In this document: positions 10,239 through 20,491 of the stretch, one piece after another
How positions within the stretch are numbered: the stretch's first letter is position 1
Layout of the letters: each line of letters begins with the position of its first letter
Source: an uncultured Bacteroidota bacterium
Lineage (GTDB): Bacteria > Bacteroidota > Ignavibacteria > UBA10030 > UBA8401
Assembly (NCBI GenBank): GCA_963772165.1
Contig: CAVYWA010000010.1
Coordinates: 45,496 to 109,495, forward strand
DNA: 64,000 nucleotides
Direction: 5' to 3'
The notes under the pieces: generated by a model
What the model was told of the DNA's origin: nothing
What the model saw: the letters and a program-made list of their open reading frames with translations, nothing else
The model's database searches: none
Program-made: the position numbers and the translations under genes

Positions 10239-10538
10239 TTACTTACACTGTTTGATCAACTTTTCCATCGCATCAATATGTTCTGAAAATGCTTTTCTTC
10301 CAGCATGAGTTGCCGAATACGTTGTCAGGGTTTTCTTTCCTACGAATTCTTTTTCAACTTTGACATATTTTTTCTTTTCAAGCGTTGCAATGTGCGTAGC
10401 GAGGTTTCCATCGGTAAGGGTCAACATCTTCTTCAGTGAATTAAAATCCATCGAATCATTCACGGTGAGAATCGACATCACTGTCAACCGGACGCGGTTG
10501 TCGAAAACTTTGTTCAGATTCTCAAAGATTTCTTTCAC
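10239..10538 (-). CDS. winged-helix transcriptional regulator (HTH_34-like)
   Basis: RVRLTVMSIL...SLKKMLTLTDGNLATHIATLEKKKYVKVEKEFVGKKTLTTYSATHAGRKAF matches HTH_34 pattern; 4-nt overlap with upstream membrane gene. Confidence 0.55.
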   Translation of the reverse strand: MKEIFENLNKVFDNRVRLTVMSILTVNDSMDFNSLKKMLTLTDGNLATHIATLEKKKYVKVEKEFVGKKTLTTYSATHAGRKAFSEHIDAMEKLIKQCK

Positions 10539-11137
10539 TTTTCGTACTTGAAATACATGAGCGTGCCATAGACGATGTGCAATAACCCGAATCCCATTCC
10601 CCAGAAGGCGATCCCGAACTGAAACCAGATCGAAGCCAGCAAACCCAGACAGATTTCGCTCAGGCCCAGATAGCGAATTTCCTTCAACGTATATTTGCTG
10701 GTGTTTAGCAATGCCAGTCCGTAAAAGATCAGCATCGACGGTGCGATTAAAAGAGGAATGGTGTGATACAACAGAATGAGACAGAACAGTCCGCCCGCCA
10801 CCAGCGGAATAAACAAATTCACCAGCAACGACTTTGCAGCAGCACTCCAGAGAGGAAGTTCTTTCTTTCGCGCCATTCGCACCGAAAAAAAAGCCGCGAG
10901 GCTCAATGCGACAAGGAGGGTCAGGGCAGACCCAACCAAAAGAAGGAAAACGTTATTCGAGCCCGAGATCTCAGTTCCGGCTGTGCCGATGAAATACCGG
11001 GCGATGAGTGCCGCAGCGATCCCGACGATACCGGCGCTTATCCCCGAAAGCCCGCTCAAAGAAAGAAATTTTGACGATTGTTCCATCATTATTCGGATTT
11101 CGGAAATATCTTTCAGGCGGTCTTCAATGGTGGCCAT
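10535..11137 (-). CDS. hypothetical membrane protein co-transcribed with the HTH_34 regulator
   Basis: 200-aa, 5-6 predicted TM segments. Confidence 0.5.
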   Translation of the reverse strand: MATIEDRLKDISEIRIMMEQSSKFLSLSGLSGISAGIVGIAAALIARYFIGTAGTEISGSNNVFLLLVGSALTLLVALSLAAFFSVRMARKKELPLWSAAAKSLLVNLFIPLVAGGLFCLILLYHTIPLLIAPSMLIFYGLALLNTSKYTLKEIRYLGLSEICLGLLASIWFQFGIAFWGMGFGLLHIVYGTLMYFKYEK

Positions 11138-11355
11138 AGAAATTAATTCAATAAATGAAAGGTGAAATATTTTTTAAAAAGCACTTTCTACTACAAAGTT
11201 AATAACCACACCGTATAATGTCAAGAAGAATTTCTCATATTCGATGGAAATATTGAGAACAACCTTCTCCCCTCGGGGAATGACAGCCCGGAGCATTGCC
11301 GCGCAGCATCTTAATAATTCTATCAGCGCGCAAAATGCGAACAACCGAGCTTCCT

Positions 11356-12666
11356 CTACACGCTGTGGTCCAGCGCCTTCCGAATGTCGTAAATGATATC
11401 TTCCGGTTTCTCTAATCCTACCGAGAGGCGAATGCCGCCGGGATCGATTCCGCGTTTCAGTTGCTCTTCCGGCGGAATGCTCGAGTGTGTCATTGATCCC
11501 GGATGTTCGACGAGCGTTCTAATCGAACCGAGGCTCACTGCAAGCGTAATGGTGTACGATTGTTTCGCGATGAAATTCACAATCCGGTCTGCACGGCGTT
11601 TCCGTTCTTTCGGCGTTTTTCCTTTCGGTATAAAATAGAGAAGCGTTCCCGGTGCAAAGGTGCCGTCGTACGAAGTCATCTGGGAACGAGCAAGCGACCT
11701 CTGAGGAAATGAATCCAATCCGGGATAACTGACCATGCCGATGCGTTTGTCATGCTCAAGGGCTTCGGCGACTTTTTGGGCAGACAACAGCTGGCGGCTG
11801 AACCGAACGGCAAGCGAGGGCAAACCATAGACGAGAATCGGCCAGGCGCTTTTCGTCGCGAGCACTCCGCCAAAATCTTTTCGATACAGCATCAGACGGT
11901 CATAGCTCCATTGAGGTCCAATGACGACTCCACCCATGTCCGTCCCAAAACCGCACAGTCCTTTCGTTAATGAGTTAACGACAAAATCCACGCCGAGCGA
12001 AATCGGGCGTTGGCAGAACGGGGTCGCGAACGTGTTATCGGCGACGGTAAAAATACGATGGAGTTGAGAGCGATGAATGTTATGCTGCTTGGCAATTCCG
12101 ACGACCTTTTGAATGTCGATGAGCTCCATCGTCGGGTTGACGGGCGTCTCGAAATAGAGCATCCGTGTCTGCGGCGTAATGGCCCTGTTCAAAGCATTCA
12201 GGTCGTTAAAATCGACCCATGTCACTTTAATTTTATACCTCGGGTACCAATTCTTGAACAATGAATAGGTGCATCCATACAGCATTTTGTGCGCAATAAT
12301 TTCGCTCCCCGTGCCCGCAAGAATTCCGCATACAGCGGAGATCGCCGCCATGCCGGTGGAGAACGTAATGGCACATTCCCCTTCTTCGGCCATCGCAAGG
12401 TTCTCTTCCAAAATTTCCTTGTTGGGTTCACCGAGCCTGTCGTAGATATAAATCGGCGCACGCGATTTCACCTCGAAATCTTCTCCATGATGGGCGAACT
12501 CGATAAACCCTTTCGCCCCCCGCTTCGTCGTGTCGAGCCGGTATGTCGATGACGAAGACAAGGGTGGAATCAGATGATGGCTGTAATCCCATTTCGTCGT
12601 GAATGATTTTCCGTAGATGAGCCGGGTTTCGGCTGCATATGTTTTCTTTTTCAATTTCGTTTTCAT
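11356..12666 (-). CDS. PLP-dependent Cys/Met-metabolism enzyme (O-acetylhomoserine sulfhydrylase / methionine gamma-lyase family)
   Basis: NSLTKGLCGFGTDMGGVVIG matches the S-x-T-K PLP-lysine motif of the family; 436 aa. Confidence 0.65.
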   Translation of the reverse strand: MKTKLKKKTYAAETRLIYGKSFTTKWDYSHHLIPPLSSSSTYRLDTTKRGAKGFIEFAHHGEDFEVKSRAPIYIYDRLGEPNKEILEENLAMAEEGECAITFSTGMAAISAVCGILAGTGSEIIAHKMLYGCTYSLFKNWYPRYKIKVTWVDFNDLNALNRAITPQTRMLYFETPVNPTMELIDIQKVVGIAKQHNIHRSQLHRIFTVADNTFATPFCQRPISLGVDFVVNSLTKGLCGFGTDMGGVVIGPQWSYDRLMLYRKDFGGVLATKSAWPILVYGLPSLAVRFSRQLLSAQKVAEALEHDKRIGMVSYPGLDSFPQRSLARSQMTSYDGTFAPGTLLYFIPKGKTPKERKRRADRIVNFIAKQSYTITLAVSLGSIRTLVEHPGSMTHSSIPPEEQLKRGIDPGGIRLSVGLEKPEDIIYDIRKALDHSV

Positions 12667-12717
12667 GGGGAGTTCCTTTCAGGATTCGGACCTCGAAGCA
12701 TTGAAAGAAGTCATTTG

Positions 12718-12894
12718 ATTTCAGGAAAGGTCGGAGAACAAAACGAGGAATGCAAGAGCAAAAACGATTTCTAAAAGGACAAATGCTTTTCCAAATTCAA
12801 TAAGGAATTTAAAGCCACTTTGGGAATCATCATTTTTGCCTTCCGAGAACAGAATTGAGCCATTTTCCGAATCATATCCGGCAGATTTTTTCAT
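12718..12894 (-). CDS. possible small tail-anchored membrane protein (58 aa)
   Basis: ATG-initiated ORF MKKSAGYDSENG...LLEIVFALAFLVLFSDLS in 380-bp intergenic gap; not in supplied ORF track (<60 aa). Confidence 0.2.
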
Positions 12895-12984
12895 GCATTC
12901 CTGATAGCTTCATTCATCCGCCATGAGAGCAAGTTCCGAACCAAGGCTTCAGGCGAAATTCTTTTTGTCTGATGTAAATTAGGC

Positions 12985-13020
12985 AAAAAAAAGCCGCACG
13001 AAGTAAAACTTCGCACGGCC
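12985..13020 (-). terminator. rho-independent terminator of ferritin gene
   Basis: hairpin gccgcacgaagt/acttcgcacggc followed on minus strand by U-run (A8 on plus strand 12985..12992), 30 nt past ftn stop. Confidence 0.45.
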
Positions 13021-13049
13021 TCGTCTTGATTCCCGGCATGTCAATTCAA

Positions 13050-13544
13050 TTATTTATTGCCTCTCGCGGCAAACTGTCGATCCATCATGATCAAACTCAC
13101 CGGCGAGTCGCCGACCATCTTCAATTGCTCGAGAATGTCCCCGGCGCTCTTCTCTTCTTCCAATTGTTCGGTGATAAACCATTCGAGCATGATCTGGGTC
13201 GGATAATCTTTTTCTTTGATGGCAAGCTCGTACAGCTTGTTGATCATTGCCGTTACCTTCTGCTCATGTTCCAGCACCTGTTTGAATACATCCATCGGCG
13301 ATTTAAACTTTGCATGCGGCTTCTCGATCGTTTCCAACTCGACGTGTCCGTTCCGTTCGATCACGTAGCCATAGAATTTCATCGCATGGCCGTACTCTTC
13401 CATGCTCTGCACTTTCATCCAGCTGGCAAAGCCGGACAAGTTGGACTCGGCGCAATAGGTAGACATTGCGAGATACAGATATGATGAATACAATTCCTTG
13501 TTGATCTGGTTGTTGATTGCATCCTGAATTGATTTGCTAAGCAT
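13050..13544 (-). CDS. ftnA: ferritin (Ftn-like, non-heme)
   Basis: ferritin four-helix di-iron motifs [12 protein letters not shown]...[10 protein letters not shown]...EHEQKVT. Confidence 0.8.
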   Translation of the reverse strand: MLSKSIQDAINNQINKELYSSYLYLAMSTYCAESNLSGFASWMKVQSMEEYGHAMKFYGYVIERNGHVELETIEKPHAKFKSPMDVFKQVLEHEQKVTAMINKLYELAIKEKDYPTQIMLEWFITEQLEEEKSAGDILEQLKMVGDSPVSLIMMDRQFAARGNK

Positions 13545-13749
13545 AGTACTCCCTTATAAATAGTTGGACAATGAGTTGGCAAATTTCAATGAGCCAATAT
13601 AATCAATTTCGGCATTGAAAACACAACCCACAGTGATGCGGTTGCGTTGCCGCTTGGGCACCCATCGGAAACGTTCCTGATATCCTGTGCCAAATATTTC
13701 AACATTTCACGATGTCTCGGAAAAGGTTTCCGATAGCAATGACACACAT

Positions 13750-16311
13750 CTACGCCCAAAGCACCCATCCCTGCTTGAACGGATTGTCGATGTCCGGGTG
13801 ATGGGGAAGGATGCGAACGGTGTAGCCCTGTCGTCCGCTCGATTCCGATTTGATGGTACTGAAGAATTCGAAGACTCTGCCTTTCGGTTTTCCGGAGGCG
13901 ACCATCGGAAGAACCGTCGGATTCGCAATCTCTCCGGCTAAATTCAGCATGCCGTGGTACAATTCCACTCTGACGTCATCCGGCGTCAGGGCACCGAGGT
14001 CGATGCTCGCATGAACATCGAGGGACTCTCCAACCTTCATTCCTTTCTGCCCGTCCGACTTGATCTCCACGATCTTTATACCTCCCCAGCTTTGTTGTAT
14101 TTTTGCCCGCCATACTGCGAGGGCTTTCGTGGTCTTCAATTTTTCACTGGTGAGAGACGAATAGCGGTTATGAGCCGGAAGATAATATTTCTCCGCGTAT
14201 TCTTTCACCATCCTATTCGTGTTGAAGACCGGACAGATTTCCCGCATCGAAGTTTTCATTTTGCTGATCCATGCACGGGGCAATCCGTCGGCACCGCGAT
14301 TATAGAAGAGGGGAATCAGTTCCTTCTCGAGAAGATTGTACAGTGCGTTCGATTCAACTTCGTCCTGATATTTCTCGTCGCCATACTCTTCTCCCTGTCC
14401 GATCGCCCAGCCGGTGTTGACGTTGCATGCTTCTACCCACCAGCCGTCGAGAACGCTGAGGTTCAGTGCGCCGTTCACCGCTGCTTTCATCCCGCTCGTG
14501 CCGCTTGCCTCGAGAGGACGGCGCGGCGTGTTCAGCCAAACGTCGACGCCCTGAACAAGGTAGCGGGCAACAACCATATCATAATCTTCAATGAAGACCA
14601 TACGGCGCCGTGCTTCGGGCTGCCGGGCAAAATGAATGATCTCCCTGATCAATTCCTTCCCGGGATTATCCATCGGGTGAGCCTTGCCGGCAAAAATAAT
14701 TTGCACGGGTCGATCCTTATCGCTAAGAATGCGGATCAAACGCTCTGCATCGCGCAGCAACAGGGTGGCTCTTTTGTACGTCGCATAGCGGCGGGCAAAA
14801 CCAATTGTGAGGGCATCGGGGTTGAGGAGCTCCGATGCTTGTGCGACTTCATTGCGCAATGCTCCCCGGGATTCAAATTGAGATCGGAGCCGCTGACGCG
14901 CAAATGCAACCAGCCGTTCCCGTCTCCGTTCGTGTGTTCGCCACAATTCTTCGTCCGGGATACGATGCACAAAACTCCACAGCGCGCTCTCGCTCACGTC
15001 GTCCTTCCATCGTGGGCCGAGATATCGTTCAAACAAGCCCACCATATCACGGCTGACCCATGACGGAACGTGAACGCCGTTCGTAATGGCGCCGATCGGC
15101 GTGTCTTGAACCGGAATACCGGGCCACACGTTCTGCCACATCGCCCGCGAGACTTCGCCATGAAGTTTGCTCACGCCGTTGCTGTACGCAGACATTCGCA
15201 ACGCTAGAATCGTCATGCAAAAATCTTCGGCGTCGTTGTTGATATCCCTCCGGCCTAATCCGAGAAATTCTTTCCGGGAAATTCCGAGCGTTCCGTAGAA
15301 CTGCCCAAAATATTTATCCATCAACGCCGGGGTAAAATAATCGTTCCCCGCCGGGACCGGAGTGTGAGTGGTGAAGACCGCACCTGCGGTCGCCGCTTCG
15401 CGGGCTTCCGCGAAGGAAATACTATTCTCTTTCATCAGCTGACGGCATTGCTCGAGTGAAAGAAATGCCGAGTGTCCCTCGTTCATGTGGCAGACCGTCG
15501 GTTTCATCCCCATGGCACACAATGCCCTGTAGCCTCCGATGCCGAGCATGATTTCCTGTTTCATTCTCAATTCACGGTCGCCGGCATATAGTTGATCGGT
15601 GATATCCTGGTCCTCCTGAGAGTTCACCGGGATGTTGGTATCAAGCAGAAAAACAGGAACACGCCCTGCCTGCACGCGCCACACCTGGGCATAGATGTTT
15701 CGCCCCGGGTACTCAACCGACACCGTAATGGGTTGGTCTTCTTTGTCCCTCTCGATTTGGATCGGCTGGGTATAAAAATCATTTTCAGGATTGCGCTCCT
15801 GCTGCCAGCCGTCGACGTTTAAATACTGGCTGAAGTACCCTTTTTGATAAAGCAATCCGACGCCAACGAGCGGAATTCCCAGGTCGCTCGCCGACTTGAT
15901 GTGGTCTCCGGAAAGAATTCCCAGACCGCCTGAATAGTTCGGCAAACATTCCGTCAATCCAAACTCCGCGGAAAAATATGCGATAGCCGGAGTGCTCTCC
16001 TTGCCATACTTTTTTTGAAACCAACTCGAGCTTACATCGAGGTATTGTGCGTAACGGTCCCACGCCCGGTCAAGCTCGCCGAGAAACGCTTCATCATGCG
16101 CCAGCGAGTTCAGCCTTTGCTGCTTGATTGCGCCGAGCATCTGAACGGGATTGTGATGAGATTCCTCCCAAAGATCGGTGTCGAGACGCATAAATACTTC
16201 CAGCAATTCATGGTCCCAGACCCAAATAAGATTGTATGCAAGTGCATAGAGGCGTTGAAGGGGTTGAGGAAGAGACGGTGCAACAGAATAGGTAAAAATC
16301 GGACGAGTCAT
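13750..16311 (-). CDS. glgP: alpha-glucan (glycogen/maltodextrin) phosphorylase, GT35 with DUF3417-type N-terminus
   Basis: 853 aa; [25 protein letters not shown] (PLP-Lys region) and other GT35 motifs. Confidence 0.85.
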   Translation of the reverse strand: [853 protein letters not shown]

Positions 16312-16361
16312 AAATCCTCCATCGTCAGCATTGAAAGGAACGAAGAATCGCGGAACCGATG

Positions 16362-17975
16362 TTATTTGAATTCTTCCATCGGCATGCCATCGACAGTACG
16401 GGGGTAGTCTATGTTGAGAATACGAGCAAGTGTCGGAGCGATGTCGACTGTGTGGACTTCACGTTGGATATGAATTGCTTCCATCCCGGGGTACAAGAAT
16501 ATTATCGGCACATGCGTGTCATAACTATATACCGAACCATGAGTCGTCCCGGTGGAATGGGACGCCACCAGGCAATATTCACAATACCGAACTTGAAAAT
16601 CTTCTCCGCGCGGCGGATAGTAACTGCGCCTGAATTGCGCAAGATATGGACGGTCGAGCGTCTGCGCATCCATCAGCTCACGGCGAAAGTATACATCGGC
16701 GATGCCGTCGATATGACGCAGCGCTTCGCCGGCACGATGTTCGAGCTGGACACTATCTTTCCCGGCACGAGCGGCAGCCGCATAATTCAAAAATCCGCCT
16801 GCTTCAAAAATTGGATCCGTTATCGTCCATTCCTTCCGGATGGCGCGGTCGATCGAATCAATTTTTACTTTGATTTGCGTCGAATATAAAATTCGGCGTG
16901 CTTCTTGATGCTTGAATTGAACGAGAAATTCCGGCAGAGGCATGACCCCGTGATCTGCACTCAGCACCACGACGACGTTGGAGGAACCGACAACCGAATC
17001 CACGTGGGAAAAGAATGAGCCAAGCGCCCGGTCCAGCCGGAACAAATGGTCCATCATCTCGTGGCTGTTCGGACCGAATGCGTGGCCGACATAATCACAA
17101 TCGGACAAACCTAAACAGAGAAGGTCGGTAACCCCTCGCTGGCCAAGCTTCTCCGCCTCGACCGCTTTTTGCGCGAAATCCAGGACCAGCATATCGCCGT
17201 ACGGCGACGTCAGGATTTGCTCATTTTTTCTCGACGGCGAAAACGCATGGGGAAACGATGAAGAAGAATCCCATTTTGCTTCGGCGCTGAACTCGTCGGG
17301 GCCTTCGTGCGTGTAAATGCTGTCCGGCAAAAGTTTTGTCCATGATGCCGGGACATTTTTTTCTATCCACTGTGATCCGTTGAAATCGCGTACCCACTCC
17401 GGCCAATGTCGAGTATAATATTCTGACGTTACCATGTGGCCGGTCTTTTTGCTATACCAAAATGCGTAATCGGGATGTTTTCCCCCCATTAAAATCGCCG
17501 CCCGGTCTTTTCCCGAAGCTGCTATGACTTTCGACTGCGGTGATGAGGCCTTCAGCCAATCGCCGATCCCCGTGACAAGAAGGTTGTTCGGTGAAGAGCC
17601 TCCTCCTTCGTCATCAACAGGAGCCGCAGCCGTATCCTCGACACAGTAGACCGACTTTCGCGTGAGGGGATTGATCCATTCATTCTCGATCATACCGCTT
17701 TTCATCGGGTATGTACCGGTGCTGAGCGTTGCATGACCAAGGCACGTTACGCTCGAAGCGTAATTGAGATTCGCATTCGAGAAGAACACTCCGTCGGTGT
17801 AGAGTTGTTTGAGTCCGCCCGTGAAATAAGGGGCAAAACGGTCAAAATAATCTTCCCTCATCTGGTCGACCGAAATAAAAATGATCAACCGCGGCGGTAC
17901 CGCCGCAAACAATTGCCATGCTGCCGTTGTCAGCACCAACCCCATCAACAGAACCCTTCTTCGCAAGCTTTTCAT
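16362..17975 (-). CDS. alkaline-phosphatase-superfamily phosphodiesterase / nucleotide pyrophosphatase (ENPP-like), secreted
   Basis: signal peptide; FISVDQMREDYFDRF and SADHG metal-site motifs of PF01663. Confidence 0.7.
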   Translation of the reverse strand: MKSLRRRVLLMGLVLTTAAWQLFAAVPPRLIIFISVDQMREDYFDRFAPYFTGGLKQLYTDGVFFSNANLNYASSVTCLGHATLSTGTYPMKSGMIENEWINPLTRKSVYCVEDTAAAPVDDEGGGSSPNNLLVTGIGDWLKASSPQSKVIAASGKDRAAILMGGKHPDYAFWYSKKTGHMVTSEYYTRHWPEWVRDFNGSQWIEKNVPASWTKLLPDSIYTHEGPDEFSAEAKWDSSSSFPHAFSPSRKNEQILTSPYGDMLVLDFAQKAVEAEKLGQRGVTDLLCLGLSDCDYVGHAFGPNSHEMMDHLFRLDRALGSFFSHVDSVVGSSNVVVVLSADHGVMPLPEFLVQFKHQEARRILYSTQIKVKIDSIDRAIRKEWTITDPIFEAGGFLNYAAAARAGKDSVQLEHRAGEALRHIDGIADVYFRRELMDAQTLDRPYLAQFRRSYYPPRGEDFQVRYCEYCLVASHSTGTTHGSVYSYDTHVPIIFLYPGMEAIHIQREVHTVDIAPTLARILNIDYPRTVDGMPMEEFK

Positions 17976-18135
17976 ACGGGATGTTTTCTCTCGTTTAGTC
18001 CGATGATCACTTTTCTACACCGATGAAAGATACGACAAAGTTAGAAAGATAGAAAGAGCTATTCCAAAAAACTATTTTATTTCGTATCTTGAAACAATAA
18101 CTGTTAACAATTTCTTAACCTATCATCTACGTCTT

Positions 18136-19644
18136 ATGCGCACGCACATGATCAAAGCTTTTTCTCTTGCCGGCTGCCTCTGGCTTCTGTTCGTTTTCCC
18201 GTTAGCCTCCCAGCCGAAGTCCATTACCATCCTTCATACCAACGATATTCATGCAAATTTTATTCCGCATGAAGCAACGTGGATCAGGGAAACCCCGAAG
18301 CCGATGGTAGGAGGAATAAACGAACTCTCGTTTGCACTCGACAGTATCCGGAAGATAAACAATGCGACATTGTACCTCGACGCGGGAGACATCATGACGG
18401 GAAACCCGATTACCGAATACGAGTACAAAGGCGCCCTCGGCGGAGCCCTTTTTGAAATGATGAACATGATAGGATGTGAAGCGTGGTGTCTTGGAAACCA
18501 TGACTTCGACCTTGGCCAGCAAAATCTTCTGAAGCTGACGGCCATTGCAAAATTTCCGACACTCTCGGCGAATGTCGTGAACGACAAGAACGAATACCCG
18601 GTGAACAACAAGCCGTACGTCATCATTGAGAAGAACGGATTGAAGATCGGCATCATCGGCGTCATGTCGCAGGGATTGTACAACTTAGTGAATCAAACGA
18701 TGCTCGTCGGAATCAAAGTCCTTTCACCGGTGGAAACGACTCAAAAATTTATCGATGAGCTGCAGACCAAAACGGATCTGATTATTGCCTTAACCCATGA
18801 AGGCGTGGATGACGACTCCGTGCTCGCGATGAATGTCCACGGCCTGAACATTATTGTCGGCGGGCATTCACACACGCGATTGAAAAAGCCGAAATTCATC
18901 AACGGCGTGATCATCGTGCAGACCGGCTCGTACTGCGAAAACCTCGGCGTGCTTGACGTGACAGTTGAAAACAAAAAAGTGACCCAGTATAACGGCCAGC
19001 TTATTCAGCTATGGTACAACAGCGGCCGGCCGAAGACGGAAGTATCGACGTTCATCGACTCGGTGCAGCATGGCATTGAAAAAGACTACAGCCAGGTGAT
19101 CGGCACGCTGAAGGGAGACTGGATGCGCAACGACAACGGAGAATCCGGAATCGGCGATTTTCTTGCGGACGCACAGCGCGAAGCCGCTCATGCCGATATC
19201 GGTTTTATGAACAACGCCGGTATCAGGAAAAACCTTTCAGCCGGACCGATAACCAAACGCGACATCTTTGAAATACTCCCTTTTAGAAATATCTTGACGA
19301 CCTTCCAGCTGAGCGGGACTGAAGTAAAAACGATCGTCCTTAATTATATTGAGAAGCATGCGAGAATTCAGACATCGGGAATCCGGTGCGAGTGGAAACA
19401 CGGAGCGGACGGCAACACTGAGATCGTGAAGCTAGAGATCAACGGGAAGCCGTTCGATGAAAACGCAACGTATACCGGAGCGGCGAGCGACTATATGGTC
19501 GGCGAGGCAAAACGTTATCTCGGCGTCGAGATCCTCCATCCTATCTATCTCCAGCAGACAGTCTTCGAGTCGATAGAAAAGAAAGTGCAGGATGAAAAAG
19601 AAATCGAGTCAAAGATAGAGAATCGTTTTAAAGAAGATAAATAA
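18136..19644 (+). CDS. 5'-nucleotidase / UDP-sugar hydrolase-like metallophosphoesterase (UshA family), secreted
   Basis: signal peptide; ILHTNDIHA, GNHDFD, GGHSH calcineurin-like motifs plus C-terminal 5'-nucleotidase domain. Confidence 0.8.
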   Translation: MRTHMIKAFSLAGCLWLLFVFPLASQPKSITILHTNDIHANFIPHEATWIRETPKPMVGGINELSFALDSIRKINNATLYLDAGDIMTGNPITEYEYKGALGGALFEMMNMIGCEAWCLGNHDFDLGQQNLLKLTAIAKFPTLSANVVNDKNEYPVNNKPYVIIEKNGLKIGIIGVMSQGLYNLVNQTMLVGIKVLSPVETTQKFIDELQTKTDLIIALTHEGVDDDSVLAMNVHGLNIIVGGHSHTRLKKPKFINGVIIVQTGSYCENLGVLDVTVENKKVTQYNGQLIQLWYNSGRPKTEVSTFIDSVQHGIEKDYSQVIGTLKGDWMRNDNGESGIGDFLADAQREAAHADIGFMNNAGIRKNLSAGPITKRDIFEILPFRNILTTFQLSGTEVKTIVLNYIEKHARIQTSGIRCEWKHGADGNTEIVKLEINGKPFDENATYTGAASDYMVGEAKRYLGVEILHPIYLQQTVFESIEKKVQDEKEIESKIENRFKEDK

Positions 19645-19769
19645 ATCACGTCATCTGAAACAATGTGTCTCGCCAAGCCGCAGAGACGGGAAACTCTCAA
19701 TTTGCGACTTTGCGCGGGCTTCACTTCTGGGTTTATTCAGAAATCTCAAATCATACATACAGCTCTCTT

Positions 19770-20484
19770 ATGAACAGCACACACTTTCCAATCCTCATCA
19801 TCACCGGACGACCGGCCGCAGGAAAATCGGAGGTCATCGATTTTCTTAAAAAAACCAACGCAAAAGAACGGCTCGAGCGATTTCATATTGCCGACTTCGA
19901 GGAACTCAACGATTTTTTTGTACGTGTGGGAATCGTTTGAGATTGACGACATCCTGAGCAGGAACGGCAAGCCGCGTGTCTGGTCGGACGAAAAATATTG
20001 GTTCAAAGACCATTTCACCTGGAATCTGTACATCGAACGCATCGGCCTCGAGTACCGGAAGAAGCTGGCGCGAAACCCGAAGTATCACGACACCATGACG
20101 ACGTTAGTGGAATTCGCCCGCGGCGGCGATCATGGCATCTACGAAGCGTTGACATACATGCACGAGGAAATTCTGAAACGCGCTGCCCTGATGTATATCC
20201 GCGTCTCGTACGAGGAGTCGTTGCGTAAGAACCACCGGCGGGCGCGAAAGGGACAAGAAGATTCGATTCTCTACCATTCACTTCCCGATGAAAAGATGGA
20301 ATTTTACTACAAGACAAACGACTGGGAGAAACTCGAAAAAAAGGACCCGAACTACATCGAGGTCAAAGGGTTCAAAATCCCTTACGCGTCATTTGAAAAT
20401 GAGCCGGAGAAAACGCTGGATCCGTCACTGATCGGGAAAGAATTGGAGCGGGCGACGACTACACTGTGGGAGATGAAGAAGTGA
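19770..20484 (+). pseudogene. P-loop NTPase/kinase-like protein interrupted by a frameshift in a T7 run (~19912..19918)
   Basis: ORF 19665..19940 (Walker A ITGRPAAGKSEV) continues in +1 frame as 19888..20484; junction at gattttttt homopolymer. Confidence 0.45.
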
Positions 20485-20491
20485 ACCCATA

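Noticed and set aside
13954-15063. 369-aa plus-strand ORF (and similar long antisense ORFs 22978..23652, 38600..39448, 41791..42396, 60387..61097)
   Set aside because: All lie wholly inside and antisense to strongly supported genes (glgP, MFS transporter, RND pumps, pilB). They have arginine/serine-rich, low-complexity translations typical of antisense frames and no motifs.
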